This document shows positions 15,352 to 26,500 of a DNA stretch of 64,000 nucleotides, in pieces. The position numbers and the translations under genes were made by a program. This stretch comes from the human T2T-CHM13v2.0 reference genome, Homo sapiens, in the NCBI RefSeq assembly GCF_009914755.1, contig NC_060925.1. One strand, written 5' to 3'. How positions within the stretch are numbered: the first letter of the stretch is position 1; the number at the start of each line of letters is the position of its first letter. Below the pieces are notes generated by a model that was given only the letters and a program-made list of their open reading frames with translations, was not told the origin of the DNA and did no database searches.

Positions 15352-16888
15352 TCAGCCAGAACCTATACCTGTAACCATATAGCCAAAATTACATTTGTTT
15401 AAAAGTGAATTTTCATTTTTGCTCCTCCTCTTTTTCATTCTCCTATTCCTTCCCCCCCCACCTTTTCTACTGGTGTAGCATTTTTTTCTATTGATGTAAT
15501 TTTGATTTCCAGTTACAGTAAAGACACTTGACTGGATACCATACAAGAGGCAACTATATATATATATATATATCTGTGTGTATGTGTTTGCATGTGCATG
15601 TATGTATATATTCTATATTAAATAGGCTGTAGAAATCTTAGTATTACATACAGCATTGATACTAGGGAAAACACATTCCACAATGGCAAATAATTGCGTA
15701 TTCATTTTTATTCTTCTCAGTAAGACAAGGGCCTGTGGTTATTGATTAGACCAGCTTTGTTTTTAATTTCCTTCCAGTAATGAAGAGGAATACTCTTGCC
15801 TGAGAGAACAGGGTGGTCTTTCAGGCCTACTTAAGCTGGGTGAGATGGAGCACACACCCCAACCAGGAGGTGTGGAGGTTCACTGCCAGGACACCCTTAT
15901 GAGTTAGGTAGTTTACCAAGTGTCATGTCTTAAAGGGTTATGAGTGGGATCATCTCTCCAGATTATCTGCTGCACTGACTGACCTTAAATCACTCTTGCC
16001 ATGATTTAAGTTCCTTATACTCCACTGTGGCTTCCCCACTGTGATTTATGGTTTGCCAGTAAAAAGTAGTAATCCAAAGTAGTAATAGATCATGTTCTTT
16101 CCCCTATTTGCAGCCACTCCTATTGAGTGATTTGAAATACACTTATTTTATGTGATTGTCAAGCCCGGCAATACAGACAAACTAATGCTTTTAGGATTAA
16201 AAATCAAAAGCCCTCCCCTGCAAAATGTCCTAACTGTATGTCTAGGAATTACTTAAAACATAAAATTTGCTTATCAAATATAAACAATACCAGGTTCAAG
16301 ATAGAAAATAAACACAGATTTCAGGTAAAATATAAGTATTGTATCAGCCAGGGCCTGCCATCCCCAACTTGACCCCATTGCCCAAGCTGATGTCTGCCTC
16401 TTGCAGACAGCCTTGCCCAATCCCCGTGCCAGTGAGAACCATACCTTGTTCTAATCCAATTCTTTCTCCAGAAGAGAGAAGAGAAATCAGGAAATAGTTT
16501 ATTATTTCAATTCCCAGCACCTAGCCCAATGTCTGGCACAGTGCCTAGAATATAAAGAGCATTCAGTAAATATTGATTGAATGAACAAATATGCTGTCAC
16601 CAGGCTGACCCCCCACCACCTGCCTCAACAGAGCCAGTATCCAGTGTGATCTGGGATGGATTTAGCTTCCTGGGGCTTCCCATATGCATTAATCTTCTGT
16701 TTCCCTATCTGCCTCTCACATGTGTGGCTGACCATCCTACCTGGCCCTTCTGATTTGGATGGTCATCTGCCCTGGTTCTTTCTCTAAAACCCCTTGGAGT
16801 ACCACAGTGGAGTCTGCAACACCAGCTAATGGGCCAGGGGGTGAGAAATGCCAAGGGAGCCAGACCTTCTTACTTGGGTCCTATAATT

Positions 16889-17184
16889 CTTTTTTTTTTT
16901 TTTTTTTGAGACGAAGTCTCACTCTGTTGCCCCAGGCTGCAGTGCAGTGGCGCCCAATCTCAGCTCACTGCAACCTCTGCCTCCCGGGTTCAAGTCATTC
17001 AGCCTCCGGAGTAGCTGGGACTACAGGCACACACCACCATGCCTAGCTAAATTTTGTATTTTTTAGTAGAGACGGGGTTTCACCATATTGGTCAGGCTGG
17101 TCCTGGACTCCTGACCTTAGGTGATCCACCCACCTCGGCCTCCTAAAGTGCTGGGATTACAGGTGTGAGCCTCCGCGTCTGGCC
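16889..17184 (-). mobile_element. AluS
   Basis: Reverse-complement Alu; TSD cctataattcttttt on both sides. Confidence 0.95.
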
Positions 17185-18004
17185 CCTATAATTCTTTTTC
17201 CCTAAGCCAAAGCCTTTTTCAAGGGTCTCTTATGTTGCCTGGGAACCTCATCACTAACAACTCTGAGTCCTAATGTTGACAATCCCTGCTTCCCAAAGCT
17301 GTGCACTGCTCCCTGGTCCATTCTTTGAATACTATTGCCAGAATAGTATCGTCTCCATATTATGACTCAATTTTTACTCTTTTTGTCTTAAGGCATTTTA
17401 CTCTCTTGTGTTGTGCAGTTATAATCCAAGTATGAAATCCAATTAACAGAATTTTATCATAGATGTGCTAGAAGCTACAAGGATTTGGTTTGTTTCTTTC
17501 TTAGTTTTCAGTTAGCCAATCTTTTCTGAAAGAAATTGAAGCCACCCTCCTCTTAGAAAAAAAATCCTTCTTTCTTCATTTTATTTTCATGGGCTGCTTC
17601 TAGGAGTATATTGAATTCTGCCTTCCATATTTCTAATCAGGCTTCACAGTTTCTTCCTTCTCTGTCCCTTTCTCTCTGTTCCTATTTCTGCCATATCAAC
17701 TAAGGCTTTCCTTAGCTCTTGCTTTACCTATAGCAATACTACCTACTTTGTCTTCTTACTTACTACACCAGTTTATATTGGCTCTGATCGTTATTATCTA
17801 TGGGGGCTGAGGCAGGTTGCTTTCACTCTGATCCTCAGTTTCCTCACCTGTAAAGTGGCCATATTAGAGTATGGACCTTGTAAGGGTGGTATAAATGTAA
17901 GCAAATATCCTTGGTTCTCCTGAGCTATAAATCCAAATGTGATCATGTTAATTAAAAATCTTAATAGTTCTTATCCTTCCCCAAATATTTATGAGAAATT
18001 CATG

Positions 18005-18305
18005 AAATGGATTAACTCAATAAATATTGAGCACTCTGTGTGAGTCACTGATGTGGGCTCTGGGGACACAACAATAAACAGACAGACCTGGACACTGCTT
18101 TCTTGGCATTTGCTTTTTGGGATAGGAAAAACGATGATTAAAAAAGAAGAAAAAGAAACAAAAATGACAAAACATGAGATGATGATGAGTGCTATGGAAA
18201 GAAAGTCGGGGTAGGCAGAGGGTAGGAAGGCAGAGGGGTTGCTCGGTTTTATATAAGGTGGTCAGGGAGGGCCTCATTGAGTAGGTGTTTTTGTACAAAG
18301 ACATT
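18005..18305 (-). mobile_element. L2 3' fragment
   Basis: caataaatattgagcactctgtg..., ggtggtcagggagggcctcattgag. Confidence 0.7.
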
Positions 18306-19934
18306 TGGGTGTCATTGGTGGACAGATCTTACCTGTGTTCTTAAGCCAGTGTTGTCATCATGTGTATTGTTATAGTTAGCCAGACACCAAGATGCTGGCA
18401 CTGACAGCACCACTGTGAGCTAAAAGTCCACAAACTGTGTCAGCGTGGAGCCCTGCACAGTTACCCTAGCCAATAATGCTTTTGAAAAACAGGAAGTAAG
18501 AGAGTTGACTTTTTCAGCATTAATGCTCAAGGTAAAGTGTTATGACTGAATTAACTGAAATCAACTACTATTTCCTTAACACAACTTGGATAAAAACCTT
18601 TTTCTGCAATCACAGCTGGCACTGTGGTGCCGGTTTTATGGGAAATTGAGGGCTATGATAGCCCCTGTGATGTCTGTCAGCATCCTCTTTCAAAGTGGGA
18701 AAAGAAAAGCTCTCTTCCTTAATATAACACTGAGTTACCAGTTACTGGGCGATAGGCCCTAGAGCATTAAAGAGTTTCATGGCTCTTTCCATGACTCAGA
18801 GGCCCTTCTTTGTTTTCTTCTGGGAAGACACATGCAAGGAAGCTGGGTTAGGCCCTTCCCTGTGACAGTCAGACTTACCATGACCTTCCAGGTCTAAAGC
18901 CCAGTCTTACCATTACAAACTCCTTCCTCAACCAACGGTGCTCTCTCCAGGGGCCCCACCATTCCTGCCAGCACTCTGCCTACCTCTGGAACTGTCTCCA
19001 GACATGCCCATGAATGCTGAAGACCCTACTGAGGCAAATATTTCCATTTTGCCCCCAGCAAACTTCTCAGCCTCCTTATAAATCAATGGATGCCAATCAT
19101 TGCTTAAAGGGAAGAGACGTTGTCTAATTCTGCATCACAGCCATATCTGTCTGAATTCTGACCCATCTGGGACATTGTATTGCACAAGAAATAGAAAAAT
19201 AATTCATGAAGTTCCTAGCATAATTCTTCTGTTTAGTAGGTATTCAAAAATTGGTAACTATTGTAATTACTTACGTAGTAGTTTAATGGGCAATTGTAAA
19301 CATATTGTTTATAATTTTTGTTTTTTTCAAAATGTTTTACAAAATCATGTGTTATATAATAAGAAGCAAATTCTTTCAAAAAAAATAAAACACACACACA
19401 CACACCAAACTCTTGACACATAGCTGTTTTCTTCCCCTCCTTTTCATCTAAACTTCTCAGAAAAGTGTCTTGCACTCACTATTTCCACTTCCTCAACTTG
19501 CTTCTATCTAGCTTCTGCCCCGATCATTCCTCTAAAAATTGATCTCACTGAAGCCACCAGCTGCTTTTGAATGTTCTTCCCTCAGGAGTATGTTGGTGGG
19601 TCTGGGAAGGGAAGGCACCCTCAGGTAAATAATAACCCAGAGCAGAGTGGATTGAGTAGAAGGGAGAGGACAAGGATACAAGAGGTGAGGCAATGTCATC
19701 CAAGTTGAAAGAATGGTGCAGAACCAAAGTTGGATCCAAACACTCACCTTGTCCAAGAGCCAGGTATTCCAGTTAGAAGTCTGCTCACCTGAGCAGAAGA
19801 GAGAGTCCAGAAACAAGCCAACTCCAAACAGGTAATAAACTGAAAAACCAAAGTAGTCCCAGAAGGAAGAGTGCAAGGAGTTGGAAGGCCAAGAGGAATT
19901 CCACATTCAGCAACTTACCAGCTGCATTTGGCTG

Positions 19935-20420
19935 GGCCTTCCTGGGAATATGTGATGAAACGTCCAGATCTACAATGCTATCTCTTTCAGAAATGAGAGA
20001 TGGGCTCCCAGGGCACTCCTATACTGGATATGTCAACACAGTGCCTGCCACACCCAACTTCCTCTTTGAGATGAAAGTGCCCCACCCACAGCCCCCTGCT
20101 TTGAGAAGCAGAGGTAGGTTGTTCTTTGCCCAGGGATGGCTCCTGATTGGACCAATGATTGGCCCTTGACATTAGGGGCTGCCTTCCCAAAAACCAGGGC
20201 TTGAATGGAAAAGGTAAGTTTGATCAATCAGATTCTCTCCTTCTGGGATTTGAATTGGGAAACATGGATAGAAAGAAGCAGTTAGCCATGGGAGCTGAAG
20301 CTGAAAGGATGGCATACAATGGAGTGGAGCCATGGAGGATTATAGCAAACCAAAACTATGAGGAAGCAGAACCATGTGATAAGAAGGCAGAATTTATGAA
20401 TAAGCAGCAATTCTGAGGTA
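19935..20420. mobile_element. Old MaLR/ERVL-type LTR relic
   Basis: tgattggaccaatg...caatcagattctctccttctgggatttgaattgg motif of old MLT1/LTR-class elements. Confidence 0.5.
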
Positions 20421-20964
20421 GAGAAAATACATGAAAAGTAAACAGAATTTTTTAGTTGGAATAAGACAGCAAGAAGCAAACCTGCAAAGAGTCGCAAGAA
20501 ATGAGAAGTGGTGCACAATTGTCATTAAGATCCTATCATCTGGCTCAACTAAGAGCCAGTTTCAGATCACCCGGATTTACTAAGGCTCCTGTGCTCTTCA
20601 TCAGATTTACCCCAGCTTTCCAGGTTTCCATGCTGGTATTTCTTGGGCTCCTACTATGAGCTAGGCACAGTTCTAGGTGTTTGGGATCTAAGGGCAAATG
20701 AAACAGGAAAATACTTAAACCCCTCATAACTTGCGGCAGGGTCTCTGTTTCAAAGGGCCAAGTTAAAATAACTACTCTTGCCTTCACCATTTCCCATGGT
20801 CCAGTTGGTGTCATTATGTTGTCATTATGAGTCTACACCCACTTTGGCATGCAGTTCATATATATCACCTCCACTGCTAGGGTGGGTAACTGGAGAATCA
20901 GGAAAAGAGAAAATAAAAAACAGAAGTTGGGAGATGGGACATGAAGGAAGTCAGATGATGTATG

Positions 20965-21215
20965 ATAATGGCAGCAGAGTGGCTGAATGCCCAGGCTTTA
21001 AATTAACTTGCATTCAAAATTTTGCTCTATCACTTATTCATTAAGCGGCTTTTTTGGCAGGTCAGTTTTCTCAGCTGTGAGCTAGAGATAAAATAGCATT
21101 CTCCTCATTGCATTTTTTGAGAATTAAGTGAGAAAATATATGCAGAGCATTTAGCATAGTACTTGGCCCATAGTAAATGCTTGATAAATGGTAACTATTT
21201 TTGCTGATGCTATTA
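20965..21215 (+). mobile_element. MIR SINE
   Basis: tcagttttctcagctgtga..., gcatttagcatagtacttggcccatagtaaatgcttgataaatg. Confidence 0.75.
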
Positions 21216-21413
21216 TTATCAGCAATCCTCTAGTTTTCCCATTAGTTGGATAGAATGAATGGGCTGGCGGGGAATTAGATGGCATCCTATGTCAAACCTC
21301 TCTGAAGGCTGATGCCAGCCATAACATAGTAGGCTCATTAAAGCTCCTTCTAGTTGGTGCATTCCTTCCCGGGTACTGTCTAGCTGCAGGAATATCAATA
21401 ATACCAAGAAGAG

Positions 21414-21729
21414 GGCCAGGCACGGTGGCTCACGCCTGTAATCCCAGCACTTTGGGAGGCCGAGGCGGGCGGATCATGAGGTCAGGAGATCGAGACCATC
21501 CTGGCTAACACAGTGAAACCCCGTCTCTACTAAAAATACAAAAAATTAGCCAGCCATGGTGGCGGGCGCCTGTAGTCCCAGCTACTCGGGAGGCTGAGGC
21601 AGGAGAATGGCGTGAACCCGGGAGGCGGAGCTTGCAGTGAGTCAAGAGATCGCGCCACTGCACTCCAGCCTGGGCCAAAGTGCGAGACTCCGTCTCAAAA
21701 AATAAAAAAATAAAAAACAATAATAATAA
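21414..21729 (+). mobile_element. AluY, full length
   Basis: gagatcgagaccatcctggctaac, gaatggcgtgaacccgggaggcggagcttgcag; TSD accaagaagag. Confidence 0.97.
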
Positions 21730-22123
21730 AACCAAGAAGAGGTGTAAAAAAAACACTAAGGACAAAAACCGTTGTATGCAAAAAAAACAGTTCTGGAGGG
21801 CAGGCAATAATAATTAGTGAAAGCAAAGTGTGTAGCAGTGATATTAGCCAGAGCAGTCAGTTGTGTGGGGGAGGCAAAAAAGCACATTTATTTCTTAAGC
21901 ACTACTTTTGTCACCTGTCTAGGGGTGGTGGGTATGTGGATGTAGACCTGATAGGCCCAAACTGAGGCATAGCTGAGGGCTGTGGTTGGAAAGCAGTGCT
22001 TTGAGAGACCATGAAAGTAGAAGCCCTCTTTTACCTATCAGGGTATAAATGACTGGAATGGGTGGAGGAGCAATGCAGGGAGGGAAGAGGGCAGAGTCAG
22101 GGAAGAGGTCAAGAGGGGCAGAC

Positions 22124-22238
22124 CTCCCAATGACTTGGGCGGCTGAGGTGGGAGGATAACCTGAGCCCATGAGTTTGAGTTCAGCCTGGGCAACATAGCA
22201 AGACCCTGTCTCTATAACAATCAATCAATCAATCAATC
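22124..22238 (+). mobile_element. FLAM / Alu monomer with (TCAA)n tail
   Basis: ggctgaggtgggaggat...cagcctgggcaacatagcaagaccctgtctct; flanking gggcagac repeated. Confidence 0.85.
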
Positions 22239-22959
22239 CAGGAAGCGGGCAGACAACAAATAGAAGTCCCAAAACTGGAGTTTCAGATGCGAGTGTGGAT
22301 CAGAAGGAGTCACCGCGGCTCTAGAGGAACCCTGAGGTATCTTTGCTTTGGGTCCAGGTGCTTTTGTGGTAGTGTACCAGACCATATCACCTCAGAGAGG
22401 GCCAGTGGCTGTGCTGAGGCTGCATTCTGGCCTTCCTAGCAGGGATGAGCACTGCCTTACTCCTATAAAGACCTTCGTGGCATTTAACATCAATCCATAT
22501 TGCCCCAAGAGGCCCTGTATCAGGATTAAGACCATGCATAAATGTCTAAAATACATCATTTGAGCAGAATGATTGTGAAATACTCAAGCCATAGTCTTCC
22601 AGAGTGAGTCTCTCTGTTACCTCTTGTACTCAGGCTTTCAGGATAGAGAATCTGGTCTGTGATTCTGAGTGCTGGGCACACAGCTGATGGAGCACCCAAG
22701 CACAGATAAGGTGAGCTGCCTTGCATAGCATGAGCTGAGCTTTCAGGCTATGGCAGACTGAAGTCCCTATCACACATTGGACCCTCTAGGGCTTGAAAAC
22801 ATGCTTGACCACAGGCCCTTCCCCTTTCCACGCAGGGATAATGAAGTGTGGCATAAAGCTTCTCCTGGGTCAGGGTGGCCCACTCCACAGTGTTGGCAGC
22901 ACCAGTCTCAACAGTGTGATGCTGAATGAAGCTAGGTTCCAGCTGTGTAGAGCTGGCAT

Positions 22960-23189
22960 GCAGGTGCAGAGGACACACTGTGGAGCTGAGTTGCTTGCAT
23001 TCATTTCTATTCTTAGTAAATTTTTTACCTGTATGGCTTTATAGGAGTTACTTTATCACTCCATGTTTCAGTTTCCTCATCCGCAAAACAGCAATAATAA
23101 TAGCATATAGCTCATAGGGTTATCATGAGTATTAAATTAGTTAATATAGGCAAGCCCTTTCAGCAGTGCCTGGCACATCGTCAGTGCTT
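22960..23189 (+). mobile_element. MIR SINE inserted into the Gypsy fossil
   Basis: tcagtttcctcatccgcaaaac...ctcatagggttatcatgagtattaaat...cagtgcctggcacatcgtcagtgct. Confidence 0.85.
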
Positions 23190-23913
23190 GCTTGTGCTGT
23201 ACTGGAGCAGAGGTGCAGCGAGTCTTGACTTGCCAAACATAGTGTCAACCTCAGCACATCAGGAAACTTCCTTCTCTATTTTAGGAGGTCATTACTAGGG
23301 CAGTTGCACAGAAAAAGACAAAATGGTGTTAGACATCTCTTGAAAATGTCTAGGTAACCTCAGTGACCAGGGTGTCTCTCACTCCAGAATCACAGATAAC
23401 TGGCTACACTGAACTTGGTTCAGAAATGTCACACATTTCTGTGCTGTTTTGAAGGTGCTGATGTTTCAGGTAACTCAGAACTGTTGGGGCCAGAGTATTG
23501 TATGAAGCATAGCTAGTCAGGTTGCATGTGGATGTTTCAGGATATATTAGGACATTTTCCAAGAAGAGCAAAAAGCATCCCCTTGAAAGTCCTGCAGGAT
23601 ACTGATCATGCTGCTGCCATAGGTCAAGAGGCATTGTGTTCTCTGCAAACTCTCTGTCATCCAAATGCAACGATGGAAGGCAGACAAGGTGCTAGGCACT
23701 CAGAAGATCTAATTTTATGGTCCTTCTGAGCTGGCCCAGGAGAGAGGGAACCAGACAGTATTAGGATCCCAGTAATCCTAGCAGAGGGCCCAGTCATCTG
23801 CTTTTCTTCCTCACAAAGTTCTCCACTGCCTTCTTGGGAGAGATAGGGCCCCAGTGGATTTCAAGGCCTATGAATTCCTACCGAGTCTCAAGTTATGGGT
23901 GTTGTGGTGGCCA

Positions 23914-24101
23914 CAGGGAGGCCAGATAAAATTCAGAACACCAATTAAATTTGAATTTCAAATAAATGATGAATAATGTCTTAATATATATCTATCCCAA
24001 ATATTGTGTGGCATATACTTATACCAAATATGTATTTGTTATCTGAAGTTCAAATTTAACTGGGTATCCTGTATTTTCATCTTCTAAGTCTGGTAACCCT
24101 C
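23914..24101 (+). mobile_element. MER53 palindromic hAT MITE
   Basis: cagggaggccagataaaattcag...ttaaatttgaatttca...tgaagttcaaatttaactggg...tctggtaaccct; internal inverted symmetry. Confidence 0.9.
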
Positions 24102-25519
24102 ACTGAGGGATATGGTCAGGGAAGGCTGATGGATGGGTGCAGCCTCCAACTAAACAAAAATAATAGAGATGCTACAGGTTTCTGGTGCCCTCACATCAGA
24201 GGGGACTCTTCTTGCAGGACTTTCGAGGAGATGCTTTTTGCTTTTCTTCATAATACTGGCTCATTCGGTTCAAATCTCTGAGAGTGAGGCAGGTCTGGAC
24301 ACTTACCCAACTCTGATGCTGTAGTTGCCTACTCTACAGATTTCAAGGACTCTTGCCAATCAATCAGGGCTATGAGAAAGTCCCAGTGGTGTCCACACAG
24401 TGTGGGCTTCCAGACTATAGCCAGGCCACTATCCAGAAGACATGAGAAGTCCCATTTACATAAGTATCCTCTTCCCCAAATATAAGCCTTCTATCTCCAT
24501 AAACTAGTGGAGCTGTGACAAAAAATAACATGGCAACTGGGAAGGCTCACCTGAAGACAGACAGCTTGCTCTGGCAACAGGCAGTGCAAGACTTGGCAAA
24601 TCTGACCAGCAACCTGTGATCTCAAAGGCAGCAGCCCTGTTGTCAGACATTTGCTACATCTACAGAACAGATACAGCAACCACCAGCTGAGACCACAACT
24701 CATTTCCCGTATGGAGGCTGAGTTTCAGAGAATCAGCTGGAGATACAGCCCTGTGGATTGAGGGTCAGTGCCCAACCTCACTGACTGTAGGTGGGAGTGG
24801 GTAGTAACCAAAAATAAGGATGTGGTGTAACGCTGGGTTTCCTAAGCTGAGAGAACAGTCCAGAACCTCAGAGAAGTGTACATAGGTAGAGACTGAAAGC
24901 CAGGTCACTAAGACCCAGAAACAAAGATCTATCCAGACAGGTAAAAAATTCAAGGCATTCTTGAGAAACAAAGTTCAGAGAGTGAACCAGCAACAGGTTG
25001 ATGTTTCCAAAGTCAGTGTGTGACTAGCCACCTGTGTTTTTTTATTATTATTCCTGAGTTGTGGGTGGGGAATAGGCTGGTTACAGATGCTTCCCTGAGA
25101 TTAGGGATGCTGTCAGGGGGCAGACCTAACTCTCAACACCAAGGAACATTTCCAAGGTCTGCTCTTCAGCTACTCTGTTATCCCTGACTTTGTTAGACCC
25201 TCCCTTTCGTTGTCACTCTCTGCACACTTGGCTTCTGAGACTGTGCTCTTCAAGTCTCCCTCTAGCTGCTCCTTCTCTGTCTTCTCCAAGGTCTCTTTTT
25301 CTTCCTGCTCCTTAAGTGTTCATATTCCTTAGGGTCCTGCCCTTAGCCCACTGCTCTTCTCTTTTCTTTCTATCTTTGGTTTCTGGATGTTCTCATTTGC
25401 CGTCATGGTTCCAACTGAGACTGTACCTGGCTAAAATGTCAGTTACACAGATTAAACACTTGCATCTTTTTTGCAACTTCCTAGCTGTGAGACCTAGGCT
25501 AAATTATATCAACTTTTAG

Positions 25520-25825
<306 letters not shown>

Positions 25826-25875
25826 CTAAGCTTCCCTCTTTTAAACTCATCAGCCAAATGAGTATAAATAACATC

Positions 25876-25878
<3 letters not shown>

Positions 25879-25924
<46 letters not shown>
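25879..25924. repeat. (TA)n microsatellite, about 23 units
   Basis: Uninterrupted tatata run. Confidence 0.98.
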
Positions 25925-25926
<2 letters not shown>

Positions 25927-26500
25927 CAGCTTATATGGTTACATGAACATTAAATAATACAACATACGCAAATTGTATGAAAATTCTTAGCATAGTGCCT
26001 GACACATAGCAAATAGTCAATAAATGCAACCCTAATAGTGATTATTATTATTTACATGGTCTTGCATCTCAGAGCTTTGTTTCCAGCTTAGTACTCTCTC
26101 AGGAGCCACACTCGTATATCCAGCTGTCCACTGCATATTTCTACACGGATGTTCCAAAGACACCTTATATTCATTGCATCAAAAATGAAACTTGTTTTGT
26201 CTCCTTCTAAACCTCTTTTTCTTCTCTCTTCTCTACCTCACTTGTTGACACTATCATTTATCAGTCACCCAAGCTGGAATCTTAGAAATTATTTTTCATT
26301 TCTGTCTTTTCCTTGGCATTGCCACCCAACTCTGCTCCTTATCAAATTAACCATTAGAATCTGATAATTTTACTTCTTCAACTTTTTCATTTTACATTCT
26401 CTCCCCATTTCTTGATAAAAACATCTTTAGAAAGCAATGATTCAAGGCTGAGTCCCTGGCTTTTTAGAAGTTTGTGACTTTGGTGGCAAAAACAGACTCT

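Larger units (their letters stand above)
22320..24720 (-). mobile_element. Decayed Ty3/Gypsy (sushi-like) LTR-retrotransposon internal region: gag, RT, RNase H, possible integrase start
   Basis: Minus-strand translation with stops/frameshifts, in canonical order: gag LLPEQ / SGEPSQLPCYFLSQLH*FMEI (24493-24583); RT FVRKK (23803-23817), LC*DYWDPNTV (23754-23786), KLDLLSA*HLV (23683-23715), MPLDL (23620-23634), FLENVLIY (23542-23565), ILE*ETPWSLR (23358-23390), TSAPV (23200-23214); RNase H VETGAANTVEWATLTQ (22865-22912), NHRPDSLS*KPEY (22626-22664); integrase-like MHGLNPDTGPLG (22504-22539). Confidence 0.88.

Noticed and set aside
22330-22560. Possible chromodomain at the end of the Gypsy fossil (CILD..YRASWG; LVHYHK)
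   Set aside because: Too degenerate; another frame of the same DNA fits the integrase zinc-finger start better, so I do not call a chromodomain.
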